From a virus (lineage: Duplodnaviria; Heunggongvirae; Uroviricota; Caudoviricetes): a stretch of 31,782 nucleotides of DNA. Made by a program: the position numbers and the translations under genes. Location of the stretch: IMG/VR virus record IMGVR_UViG_2645727991_000022. One strand, written 5' to 3'. The first letter of the stretch is position 1, and every line of letters starts with the position of its first letter. The notes beneath the pieces are model-generated. The model saw nothing but the letters and a program-made list of their open reading frames with translations. It ran no database searches and had not been told where the DNA came from. Positions 1 to 9,298 of the stretch are shown in pieces.

Positions 1-843
1 ATGGACTATCAGGTAATCGCCCTTGATCTGGACGGCACTTTATTGACGCCAGAAAAAACTATCTTACCAGCCTCACTATCTGCCCTACAGAATGCCCGTA
101 AATCAGGGGCAAAGGTTGTCATAGTTACCGGACGGCACTTTGTAGCCATCCATCCTTTTTATCAGGCATTAGAACTTAATACACCAGCTATATGTTGTAA
201 TGGTGCTTTATTGTACGATTACGCCGAAAAAAGAGTTATTGCCTCAGACCCATTACAACCAGAACAAGCTACTCAATTAGTGAACCTACTTGATAGTTAC
301 AATGTTCATAGTCTGATGTATGCCGATGATGTCATGTTCTATCAAGAACCAACGGGGCATATTATCCGTACAGAAAATTGGGCTAAGTCTCTTCCAGAGT
401 CACAACGTCCAATCTTCAAACAAGTACCCTCTCTTAGTGAAGCATCGCAAAATGTTGATGCTATCTGGAAATTCGCCCTTACTGATTCTGATACTGAAAA
501 ACTACATAGCTTTGGTCAGATAGTAGAGCGTGAGCTTGGCCTTGCTTGCGAATGGTCTTGGCACGATCAAGTAGACATAGCACAAGCCGGAAACAGTAAG
601 GGTAAACGCCTGGCACAATGGGTAGAATCACAAGGTTTATCTATGAGCCAGGTAATAGCCTTTGGTGATAATTACAACGATCTAAGCATGTTGAAAAATG
701 CTGGCTTGGGTGTTGCTATGGGTAACGCGGTTGATGAAGTAAAAGCCTGTGCTGATTTAGTAATAGGTAACAATACTGAAACTGGTATAGCTGATGTAGT
801 AAATCATTACTTCGAAACAGTAATAACACAAGAACTGGTTTAA
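1..843 (+). CDS. Cof-type HAD-IIB family hydrolase (sugar phosphatase-like)
   Basis: 280-aa ORF with N-terminal DLDGTLL (HAD motif I, DxDGT) and C-terminal GDNYNDLSML (GDxxND motif), plus a conserved Lys region (SKGKRLAQW). Size and layout are typical of Cof-like phosphatases. GC looks higher than in the phage structural genes. Confidence 0.85.
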   Translation: MDYQVIALDLDGTLLTPEKTILPASLSALQNARKSGAKVVIVTGRHFVAIHPFYQALELNTPAICCNGALLYDYAEKRVIASDPLQPEQATQLVNLLDSYNVHSLMYADDVMFYQEPTGHIIRTENWAKSLPESQRPIFKQVPSLSEASQNVDAIWKFALTDSDTEKLHSFGQIVERELGLACEWSWHDQVDIAQAGNSKGKRLAQWVESQGLSMSQVIAFGDNYNDLSMLKNAGLGVAMGNAVDEVKACADLVIGNNTETGIADVVNHYFETVITQELV

Positions 844-870
844 TTAACCTATAGTCGGAGTTTATTCGAA

Positions 871-1578
871 GTGAAGAAGAATAAAATAGTACATTTTCTC
901 AATGGTATTACGTTATCACATATTATGTGTATTGCTGTTGGAGTATTAATCCCAATTTATGCTGATGTACTTTTTTTTCATGGTTATGATAGCTCAACCA
1001 CATCGGCCATCATGGATACCGTGATGGCTATAGCAGCAATATATACAATCTTTAAAGTGAAGGATTGGTATGCTGATAAAATTAATGAGAAAGGTTTTGA
1101 ACAAGCAAACCAGTACATTACACTATTCCATGAAGCAAAATTGAAAGCGGAACTGTTACATTTAAACATTTCACAGTTATATTATTACAATGAAAACAAA
1201 AATATTAACCCAGGCGATCTGAATTATGAAAAACTTTTGAATAAGGTTTGGGAATTACACGCAGATTATAGAGACCACATGTTAAAATTAAAGTCTCACT
1301 ATGATATTCTTCGCGTTTGGAATATGTCTGTTCATCCAGATAAAAAAGACATGTTAAAAAAAAGCATAGCACATTTAAATGTTTTCACAGTAACTAGCCA
1401 TGACATGATAAAAATCTGCGAAGATGTTAGTGGTATGGCACGTAAGAAAAACTGGGAATTCCATAATATTTCCTTTAAGAGTAATTTTGCTTTAACTCAA
1501 ATTCTCCCATTTGAATGGTTGACTTCATGGAAAAGCCTATTTGTAGTAGCTAATCAAACTAATATTGATAGCAAATAA
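871..1578 (+). CDS. hypothetical membrane protein
   Basis: 235-aa ORF with a GTG start about 11 nt after GGAG. Two hydrophobic helices in the first ~70 aa are followed by a soluble domain. No family recognised; an R-x6-H stretch (RVWNMSVH) is noted only as a weak HEPN-like hint. Confidence 0.5.
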   Translation: MKKNKIVHFLNGITLSHIMCIAVGVLIPIYADVLFFHGYDSSTTSAIMDTVMAIAAIYTIFKVKDWYADKINEKGFEQANQYITLFHEAKLKAELLHLNISQLYYYNENKNINPGDLNYEKLLNKVWELHADYRDHMLKLKSHYDILRVWNMSVHPDKKDMLKKSIAHLNVFTVTSHDMIKICEDVSGMARKKNWEFHNISFKSNFALTQILPFEWLTSWKSLFVVANQTNIDSK

Positions 1579-1585
1579 GAAAAAA

Positions 1586-1604
1586 AAGCCCCGTTATGGG
1601 GCTT
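1586..1604 (-). terminator. intrinsic terminator hairpin closing the minus-strand block, convergent with the plus-strand genes
   Basis: AAGCCCC-GTTAT-GGGGCTT stem-loop preceded on the plus strand by an A8 run, giving a U-tract after the hairpin on the minus-strand RNA. It sits between the stop of 871..1578 (+) and the stop of 1608..1919 (-). Confidence 0.6.
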
Positions 1605-1607
1605 CCG

Positions 1608-1919
1608 TTAACTACCACCAACCATGATAAGCAAGACTTGCATAAGTTGGCCTAGTGGTACTTGGATCACGACGATACCGAACGCATCTAGTACTGGTAC
1701 GATAATCCAGTTATAGAGGATGATTAGGGTGATAACGAAACCAAGGGCATTACGCCAATGGAATGATACTTTTTCAATCTCTTCCTTGTTTACTTCAATC
1801 TGCCCTTCGGCATTAGTAGTTTGTACTTCCTTCTCTAAGGTTTTCCTTTTGATGAAAAAATCAAAACCTTTAGATATTAGTTCTGCGATAATGCTAAACA
1901 TTATAGTTCCTTTTGGCAT
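1608..1919 (-). CDS. small membrane protein, possible holin-like lysis protein
   Basis: 103 aa with a charged N-terminal half followed by two C-terminal hydrophobic helices (ALGFVITLIILYNWIIVPVL and FGIVVIQVPLGQLMQVLLIMVGG). It is the last gene before the terminator. The topology is atypical for classical holins, so the function is uncertain. Confidence 0.4.
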   Translation of the reverse strand: MPKGTIMFSIIAELISKGFDFFIKRKTLEKEVQTTNAEGQIEVNKEEIEKVSFHWRNALGFVITLIILYNWIIVPVLDAFGIVVIQVPLGQLMQVLLIMVGGS

Positions 1920-2221
1920 ATATACGACATTACGCGGTGTCCTTTGTATACCTGCTGGAAAGAAGTAAGTACTGTAACCGTACTCTTACCATCAATGAGA
2001 TCTACAGTTAGTACATCACCATCATTTACATTTGGTGTTTTAGTCAATTCAAAACTGAATGCAATTAAATCACCTTTAGATTTGTCCATTTGTTTCTTAA
2101 TCATCTTGCCTGAGAGTGCTTTATCATATGGTAGTGTAACACTCACTGGTTTAATGCTTTGAAATGAGAAATTATCTAGTACTGTATGGTCATAACATGG
2201 GAATTGTTCTAAGTAGTTCAT
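1901..2221 (-). CDS. hypothetical protein
   Basis: 106-aa ORF co-directional with its neighbours, overlapping the downstream ORF by 19 nt. No motif recognised. Confidence 0.45.
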   Translation of the reverse strand: MNYLEQFPCYDHTVLDNFSFQSIKPVSVTLPYDKALSGKMIKKQMDKSKGDLIAFSFELTKTPNVNDGDVLTVDLIDGKSTVTVLTSFQQVYKGHRVMSYICQKEL

Positions 2222-2226
2222 TATTA

Positions 2227-2823
2227 TTATCTCCAGCGGTAGTTAAACGTACCGCGTAATGTTCGTAGTTGTTTTATTACTTTTCGTTCTGTTTCATCGT
2301 AGAAATCAAATAATGGTTTTCTTCCTACGCTTCCATAGTAACCAACCACCCTTTTCTTACGTGCCATTGCTGGATCGCGTTTGCTAGAGTTTTTGGAAGT
2401 GTCAATAAGAAACTCTTTACCGTTCTTACTTTTCACTCGTTTGTATTTATCCTTGTTCTTTAATTGTGATATGTTTCCCTGCTTGGTTAGTTTTGCATTT
2501 TGATATGGAATCACTTTGTACTCTTGTTTTCGAACATAGTTAGGATCAATAATGTTCTTTAGGTAGTCTGCCTGATCTGGCATCACTATAATCTGATTAA
2601 TACTTGTAAAACCATTTGGCTTATAGAAGTTAAACTTCATTGCACGGTTTGTATAAGCTACTACGCCACCAGCAGATTTAGTACTGATCTCTTGCTGAAT
2701 TTGCCTTGTTACAGTACGCATACGTTCACTAAGTTCTTTCTTGAACTGTTCACCAATCCTTGGTGAATTATCATTTATGAATTTCTTCATATCACTAGGG
2801 CTATTACCTCTCTTCCATCCCAT
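2227..2823 (-). CDS. hypothetical basic protein, possible partner or C-terminal module of the upstream GIY-YIG nuclease
   Basis: 198-aa lysine/arginine-rich ORF. Its ATG (2823-2821) immediately follows, in the same frame, the TAA stop (2826-2824) of the GIY-YIG ORF. AGAGGAA lies about 13 nt upstream. Confidence 0.5.
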   Translation of the reverse strand: MGWKRGNSPSDMKKFINDNSPRIGEQFKKELSERMRTVTRQIQQEISTKSAGGVVAYTNRAMKFNFYKPNGFTSINQIIVMPDQADYLKNIIDPNYVRKQEYKVIPYQNAKLTKQGNISQLKNKDKYKRVKSKNGKEFLIDTSKNSSKRDPAMARKKRVVGYYGSVGRKPLFDFYDETERKVIKQLRTLRGTFNYRWR

Positions 2824-3276
<453 letters not shown>

Positions 3277-3278
3277 TT

Positions 3279-3746
3279 ATGGAGTATTTAGTAATGGCAG
3301 ACATTAAAACACGTCTTTGGAAATATGAAGGCGATCAACTATACCAAACATATAAAGGGTATTATCGACAAGGGAAATATTACCCATATAAAGATAGCTT
3401 TGGCTATCTCACTGTTGGGGCAGGACACCTAGTACAGAAAGGAGAAGATTTCAGTAATGGGATTACACCAATTGAGGCAGATATACTATTAGCTCATGAT
3501 ATCGAAAAGGCAAAAGCAGGACTACGTACACTTAATCTAGGTACACTTCCAAAAGACATTGAAGATTATCTTATTATTATGATATTTCAATTGGGATTGG
3601 CGGGTACAAGTAAATTCAAAAAATTACTTGCGGCTGCAAAGAATGGTGATCGCGTTGGTATGCGTAGGGAATCTATAGATTCACTATGGTATAAGCAGAC
3701 AAAATCACGTGTAGATGATATGAATAATCAATTAAACTGGAAGTAA
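3279..3746 (+). CDS. endolysin, T4-type lysozyme (GH24-like)
   Basis: LWKYEGDQLYQTYKGYY...GYLTVGAGHL matches the T4 lysozyme catalytic region (Glu / Asp / Thr in ...EG...Y.D..G..T.G.GH). The true start is probably the internal ATG at 3294 (MADIKTRLW), preceded by GGAG. Confidence 0.9.
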   Translation: MEYLVMADIKTRLWKYEGDQLYQTYKGYYRQGKYYPYKDSFGYLTVGAGHLVQKGEDFSNGITPIEADILLAHDIEKAKAGLRTLNLGTLPKDIEDYLIIMIFQLGLAGTSKFKKLLAAAKNGDRVGMRRESIDSLWYKQTKSRVDDMNNQLNWK

Positions 3747-3758
3747 TAAAAAGGAGCA

Positions 3759-4040
3759 TTATCGCCCCTTTTCTTTTTCCTGCTGTTCCAGAATCACAAT
3801 AATACGTTCGATCTTCAAATCCAATTGGTGTATTTGGTCTTGAATCTTTCTAGTAGTACCTTCTAGATCATCATGGTTTGACTCTATTCTTGCAATATCC
3901 GTAGTATGACCAGATACAGTTGATTCAAGAATAGAAACTCTATCAATTAAATCATTAGTATCTTCTGACTTATCACGATATATAGTCCAGAAAAGTGTAC
4001 CCGCAGAAAATAGTAATGCAAATAAAACATCAAAACCCAT
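3759..4040 (-). CDS. membrane-anchored coiled-coil protein, possible i-spanin-like lysis accessory protein
   Basis: 93 aa with an N-terminal transmembrane helix (FDVLFALLFSAGTLFWTIY) followed by a charged, heptad-like helical region. Adjacent to the endolysin. Confidence 0.45.
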   Translation of the reverse strand: MGFDVLFALLFSAGTLFWTIYRDKSEDTNDLIDRVSILESTVSGHTTDIARIESNHDDLEGTTRKIQDQIHQLDLKIERIIVILEQQEKEKGR

Positions 4041-4114
4041 TTTCAGTCCCTTTAAATTAAAATATAATGTAGGTAGTACTAAAGTTATTAATACTACCCA
4101 ATCTATTTATATTA

Positions 4115-7100
4115 TTAATTATATAAAGGCTGATCACCTGCACGATATACAAATGAAGATAGTTGTTCTGGTACATTAAGCTGAGCAGTACAGCTACGGT
4201 CAGTAGTACACATCACATAGATATAGTTCCAGCGACCGCGACCAACGGCAGGGATATAAATTCCATTTAGTGGGAATGTATATGGTGTATTGTGACCATT
4301 ATTACCAGCATCAACATATACCAAGTTAGTCATTGGAATACCATCACCACCCATACGAATATAGAAGAACTGACGTTGTAATGCCCTTAGCCAGATTGTC
4401 ATATTACTATCAAGAATACGATCAAAATCTTCACCACGAATACGTAAGGCTACATAGTGTTGGTTTGGTACTGGATCTAATGCAGTAAGACCACCTGAAA
4501 CAGTACGTGAACCAAATATGAAAAGATTCTCGGTTATTCCCGTTGATTGAGGACGACAAATATCACCTACGATACGTGCTGCACTTAGAGTACCTTTGAT
4601 ATCACAGTTTTCATTGATTGTAACATTATTCAGTACTCCAGACGTTGCCTGAATATTACCGCGTATAGATACGTTACCAAACCATGCATTGCCATTCTTA
4701 TTGATAGCCCAACCATTAGTACCATCCCAATTAGTAGACTGTATCTGTTGGGAGATCTTCGCAGAGTCTATAACGCCGTCCATTATGTGAACATTACGGA
4801 TAGCGGCATTGGCGATCTTAGTATTATCTATTGCGGCTGATTGTATCTTAGCTCGCGATACGGAAAGGTCATTTATCATTGCTTCTTTAATACTAGCCGT
4901 GGCAATGACTGCTGAGTTAATATAAGTTTTACCCCCCTGAACTACAAACGGATATACCTTATCACTTTGTTTAGCTGAGTCAGTACTAATAATACTAAAA
5001 CGATCTGCCATTACGGTAAACACTGATGATTTTTCATCTGCTGCTAGGGCAATACCAGTAACGTTACCATTATTTGATACCTGAACCTGCCAGCGTGAAC
5101 CTAATTCATGTATGATCTGTTTCTCAACAATACCCGTAGCTGTTTCACTGTTTAATAATCCATCAATTACATCGTCATTCAACTTAGAATATGGAACCTT
5201 AGTATTTTGGTTAAAACCAATTGTAGGCGACCATACTAATTCATCTTGCCCCATTACATCATATGCAGCCAATCGACCGAACCAAGAACCGTCTTCAATC
5301 GGGAATGATGCCGTATAACGATTAGAACTACTAAAGTAGACCACACCCGAACTAAAAGCCTCATCTTTTGCGGCTTGGAATACTACCCCCGCATAATCTG
5401 GGATATTACTTTCAGTCCATTCAAAGAAAACCTGATCATAACCATTACGTAATTTAACACCTAGCAATTGTGGGTGCTGTGGGTTACTAACTTCAATCTG
5501 TACCTCTTCTGAGTAGATGCCCTGACCATACCCATGTGCAATAATACCAATAACACGGTGACGGCTTAGACCGTCTGATTGGTTCATTGCGAACGTATAA
5601 GACCATGCACTATCCTGTGTGTAGTACGATTTAATGTAATTACGATATCTATCGTAAACACGAATTTCATAATATTTGAAGAAGTCAGTAAAACGTTTTC
5701 CATTTACTGGTACGTTACTCTGATCATCCCAATCAAATATGAATGCCTCAGAATACGTCTGGTTAAATCCAGCATCACTATTCACCAATGTAAGACCAGT
5801 TACCTTTGGTAATGCAAAAATGATTTGTGGCATCTGGTTATAAATTGCGACTAGTTCGGATGAATAACCCAAGGTATTGTAGCTTTCAATCCCAAAGTCA
5901 TAGTTTACACCCTGAATCAAGTTCAAGATTTCAAAACTAGTACTGTACTGTCCAACGTTACCAATATTAATCCAAGTACTGGAACCACTTCTCTTATAAC
6001 GTAGTTTATAACCACGAACACCAGTATCTTGACTAAGATCCCAAGTCATTAATACAGTACTGCCATTTACGGTTGTACCAAGGCGTTGTACCTGTAAGTT
6101 GCTTGGTGGCTCTACACGAGAAGGGTTAGGTAAGTTAGTAATACCATTCTGTGGGAACTGTCCTGGGTCAACGCCCGAATAGATACCGTCGGAGTACTGT
6201 ATACCTGTGATCTGTACTATCCCTGCTTTATCTACTGTCATTGGTACAGTACGGGAAACTACACGGAACTTAACATTTTCAAAACCTGCTTCTTTAAAGC
6301 TGATCGTGAATACATCATTTACTGTAATATCAGTTACGAATGTATTAAATGTAATACCTGCAAGTACATACTTAGCTTTTAATAGTTCGATATTACTACG
6401 TTTGGCTAATTGGTCTTTATCCTGAATCCACTTACAGTTTAAATCTTTCTTGATAATATAACCATCACGAATAATTGTTTCATTAGTTAATGCATTACTT
6501 GGATAACGGATAATATCTTCTGCATAATCCCCATTTGGGTTCGTATAAGTTGAGTCCATGCAATTGAAGTAATCCGTATTGGAACCAGTAGTGATATTAA
6601 CCGAACCAATAATATTACTTTCATCAAAGTGTTCAACTGGTAAATCTGCCGTATCAACACTTAAGTACTGAACACCATTTGATTCATATAGAACACCACC
6701 AAAAGTTTGTAGAATTGCTTCCATGTTCTCTTTATAACTTTTATCATATGCAATACTACCATTTGAATAATAATGGTTATCTTTACAGTACTGTGCAATA
6801 TTACGGAATGAGGAAATATCAATATCATTTGGATCTGTACCAAAACCAAATTCTGTATTTGTCATGAAGTCATAAAGCTGGCTTGGTGGATTACTTGAAG
6901 GTTTTAGTACGTTATCAGTTAGATCATAAATCTTTCTGCCTCTAATCTCTGCTGATAGTACGTAGTTCATATTAGTTAGAATACCATCAGTAAGGCTACC
7001 GTTAGTTTTCCTAATGACAGTACAGACCTGTACTAGACCATCACCACGCATATCATCAGTCCATTTACTACCGCCATATTGACGGGCTAACGTCATTGAA

Positions 7101-7645
7101 CCACCATATGAAGGTTTTCCGAAGCGTACTTCGATATCAAGGAAGTTTCTGAACTTCTCAATCATCATTGATTTAGGGATAATACCTTCCTGAGTAATAT
7201 ATACATCATCACGTAGTACTGGTACGTTGTCGAAAAATAGCTGTTGGATCACACCTGCTTTTGTTTCTCCTGGTACTTGCCCAATCTCACCAATACTTAG
7301 ACAATGTACAGTACATAACTGGTTAGATTCACCTTTGAATACGTTTTGCCAAACTACAATAGAACCTACTTTTACAAAAGCAACTTCATCTTTATTCTTG
7401 TTAGAGCCACCGTATACAATAGGAATACCAGTACTAGGTGATGTACTTCTGGCATTACTTGTACCAGTACTTGGATAGTTTACCCCCTGTTGGCCTACAT
7501 TCATCATTTGACTAGATGTAATATAGGATAGTGCTGTTACTGCTGCACCAATTGCGATTGCTGCAACTAAACCTACTGCCGCTACACTTGCGGCTGCCGC
7601 CGATGCACCTGCAATTACTGCTGCTGCTAATGCTGCTACTGCCAT
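4115..7645 (-). CDS. tail tip host-specificity protein (lambda J-like) with a fused gpI-like N-terminal domain
   Basis: 1176 aa. The C-terminal region ...SGVLNNVTINENCDIKGTLSAARIVGDI... resembles the conserved lambda J C-terminal segment as I recall it. The N-terminus is an Ala/Gly-rich hydrophobic stretch followed by ...IPIVYGG...VGS.VV..., like the C-terminus of lambda gpI. It is the last and largest gene of the tail module. Confidence 0.8.
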   Translation of the reverse strand: MAVAALAAAVIAGASAAAASVAAVGLVAAIAIGAAVTALSYITSSQMMNVGQQGVNYPSTGTSNARSTSPSTGIPIVYGGSNKNKDEVAFVKVGSIVVWQNVFKGESNQLCTVHCLSIGEIGQVPGETKAGVIQQLFFDNVPVLRDDVYITQEGIIPKSMMIEKFRNFLDIEVRFGKPSYGGSMTLARQYGGSKWTDDMRGDGLVQVCTVIRKTNGSLTDGILTNMNYVLSAEIRGRKIYDLTDNVLKPSSNPPSQLYDFMTNTEFGFGTDPNDIDISSFRNIAQYCKDNHYYSNGSIAYDKSYKENMEAILQTFGGVLYESNGVQYLSVDTADLPVEHFDESNIIGSVNITTGSNTDYFNCMDSTYTNPNGDYAEDIIRYPSNALTNETIIRDGYIIKKDLNCKWIQDKDQLAKRSNIELLKAKYVLAGITFNTFVTDITVNDVFTISFKEAGFENVKFRVVSRTVPMTVDKAGIVQITGIQYSDGIYSGVDPGQFPQNGITNLPNPSRVEPPSNLQVQRLGTTVNGSTVLMTWDLSQDTGVRGYKLRYKRSGSSTWINIGNVGQYSTSFEILNLIQGVNYDFGIESYNTLGYSSELVAIYNQMPQIIFALPKVTGLTLVNSDAGFNQTYSEAFIFDWDDQSNVPVNGKRFTDFFKYYEIRVYDRYRNYIKSYYTQDSAWSYTFAMNQSDGLSRHRVIGIIAHGYGQGIYSEEVQIEVSNPQHPQLLGVKLRNGYDQVFFEWTESNIPDYAGVVFQAAKDEAFSSGVVYFSSSNRYTASFPIEDGSWFGRLAAYDVMGQDELVWSPTIGFNQNTKVPYSKLNDDVIDGLLNSETATGIVEKQIIHELGSRWQVQVSNNGNVTGIALAADEKSSVFTVMADRFSIISTDSAKQSDKVYPFVVQGGKTYINSAVIATASIKEAMINDLSVSRAKIQSAAIDNTKIANAAIRNVHIMDGVIDSAKISQQIQSTNWDGTNGWAINKNGNAWFGNVSIRGNIQATSGVLNNVTINENCDIKGTLSAARIVGDICRPQSTGITENLFIFGSRTVSGGLTALDPVPNQHYVALRIRGEDFDRILDSNMTIWLRALQRQFFYIRMGGDGIPMTNLVYVDAGNNGHNTPYTFPLNGIYIPAVGRGRWNYIYVMCTTDRSCTAQLNVPEQLSSFVYRAGDQPLYN

Positions 7646-7648
7646 GTT

Positions 7649-8044
7649 TTATTCCTCCGTGAATCGGTAAATCTTATAGTTATTATCTTCTTGGGAATAG
7701 CGTTGAACTTTGAATACCTTTTCATTATTCAGTACTATTACTTTATCTCTCCAGAATACAGTACAGTGATTATTAGCCAGAAGGATATCACCATCACGTG
7801 GTGTCTCTACTAATTCACCCAATTCTTCACATAGTTTCTTTAGTGTTGGATATGTACAGTTATCTTTGGCGTACTTGCGTCCACCTGATGCCGATTTATA
7901 TTTCTGGTAAATCTCATCTTTATATTGAGTACCCTTAATCATATCAATTACGGATAATGCCATTATATGGCAATCCACTGTGCCATATTCGATAGGTTTA
8001 TTTGCGTATGTGCTTAGGTACTCGGTAATTAAACCTTTATTCAT
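7649..8044 (-). CDS. tail tip assembly protein, NlpC/P60-like (lambda gpK-like)
   Basis: 131 aa with a candidate catalytic Cys (YGTVDCHIMAL) and His (GDILLANNHCTVFW) in NlpC/P60 order. Sits immediately upstream of the J-like gene, as in lambda. Confidence 0.55.
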   Translation of the reverse strand: MNKGLITEYLSTYANKPIEYGTVDCHIMALSVIDMIKGTQYKDEIYQKYKSASGGRKYAKDNCTYPTLKKLCEELGELVETPRDGDILLANNHCTVFWRDKVIVLNNEKVFKVQRYSQEDNNYKIYRFTEE

Positions 8045-8045
8045 T

Positions 8046-8690
8046 TTATCTCTTACTCGCTTTCCAGAATTGTTCTGAACTATTTATGATGCCGATTAGG
8101 TCAAAGAACTTATCACCCTTATGTGTGGATTGGTGAATAGATGTACTGGATAGTAGGCGTTGTGTTTGGTCTAACTTTTTCCATAGACTGTTTAAGTTTA
8201 CGGTTGTAGTACTTTCAGTGTTTCCATCCTCATTGTTAAAGTCTGAGGAAAAGTAATCAATATAACCACTAAAGATACGATAGCGATAAAGTATAGAACC
8301 ATCAGCAGGACTAACGATACCCATCCAGATATTCACTTTTGCATCTTTCCATAGTCCACGTAAGGCCATAGAAATATATTCTTGGTTTACGTTACTGACT
8401 TTAAATGTAGTACCGTTATTGTTTACCTGATTCTTTTCTACATAGTTAGCAAAACTTGAATCAATAAAATCCGGTACTGGTTGATAGGTAATACCACCTA
8501 CTGTTTTTTCTGCTAGTCCATCTACAAGATATAAGGCAGAACCAGTAGGGGGAATCAAATCAACCATTTTAACCATTACACCACACTGATAGAGTTCTTT
8601 CTCTGTGAGTACTGTTTTGTTATCGCCGCGTACTAGATTCCAGTAGTTAACCAGTACAGCATTGTTTAATACATTATTTGGAATAGCCAT
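8046..8690 (-). CDS. minor tail protein (lambda gpL-like, by position)
   Basis: 214-aa ORF between the gpM-like and gpK-like genes, tightly packed with a 1-nt spacer. Assignment is by synteny only. Confidence 0.5.
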   Translation of the reverse strand: MAIPNNVLNNAVLVNYWNLVRGDNKTVLTEKELYQCGVMVKMVDLIPPTGSALYLVDGLAEKTVGGITYQPVPDFIDSSFANYVEKNQVNNNGTTFKVSNVNQEYISMALRGLWKDAKVNIWMGIVSPADGSILYRYRIFSGYIDYFSSDFNNEDGNTESTTTVNLNSLWKKLDQTQRLLSSTSIHQSTHKGDKFFDLIGIINSSEQFWKASKR

Positions 8691-8691
8691 A

Positions 8692-9273
8692 TTAACCTCT
8701 GATATTTTCTGTTGCCTGAATTGTTACTCCGATTAGGTTATTACTTGGGAATGAAAACTGTGAATTTTGTGTAGTTAGTACGAAAGAACCAGAAAGGTTA
8801 TCGTATTTGATTACTTCACCTAATTGGATATTCTTAATTAGTCCGGGGAAAATAGTCATAGTAGTACCGCTATTTGCAATAATACGGTATAGCTTCTTAT
8901 GCCCGTTGAACTGAATTAGTGAACCTACTTCAAGTCTATTTGAGTTTACGGCAATAGATGTAGCCCCTGCTGCACGTGCTGCGGTTGCCTGTACGTTAGC
9001 AGTTTGATTACCCGTATACTTACCCCACCAACCAAGAGACATATCAAATGGTTTACCTTGTGCGTACTGTGCGTAAAAGTTTGATAGTTCTGCTCTATAT
9101 TGTTTGTTCATCGTGACTTTAAAAGAGATACTAAAGTATTCAGTACCTACTACGCGTGTAATTTGTTCACCCGTCCATGTTTTTTGTTGAAATAGTGGTA
9201 CATTATCACTTAGTACAAAGTCACTTATTGTTGCGTTATTTAACATTATTCGAATCCTTTCAAATAAGCCCAC
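8692..9273 (-). CDS. minor tail protein (gpM / distal tail protein-like, by position)
   Basis: 193-aa ORF directly downstream of the tape measure gene. Assignment is by synteny only. Confidence 0.5.
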   Translation of the reverse strand: MGLFERIRIMLNNATISDFVLSDNVPLFQQKTWTGEQITRVVGTEYFSISFKVTMNKQYRAELSNFYAQYAQGKPFDMSLGWWGKYTGNQTANVQATAARAAGATSIAVNSNRLEVGSLIQFNGHKKLYRIIANSGTTMTIFPGLIKNIQLGEVIKYDNLSGSFVLTTQNSQFSFPSNNLIGVTIQATENIRG

Positions 9274-9298
9274 ATGATCGTGGGCTTTATGGTATTTA

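Noticed and set aside
320-2162. Small ORFs overlapping the HAD gene and its neighbours (320..523, 984..1169, 1720..1968, 1944..2162) and 2852..3037 inside the GIY-YIG gene.
   Set aside because: Alternative-frame or antisense ORFs inside better-supported genes, with no motifs.
3747-3775. Possible terminator after the endolysin gene (AAAAGG...CCTTTT).
   Set aside because: The stem would be short and A/U-rich with a 12-nt loop, and it overlaps the stop of the convergent gene. Too weak to call.
5112-7478. Plus-strand ORFs of 62-83 aa inside the J-like gene (5112..5318, 5579..5812, 6207..6425, 6661..6849, 6679..6867, 7227..7478).
   Set aside because: They are antisense to or embedded in a 1176-aa gene with clear homology features, have low-complexity or hydrophobic composition and no ribosome-binding sites.
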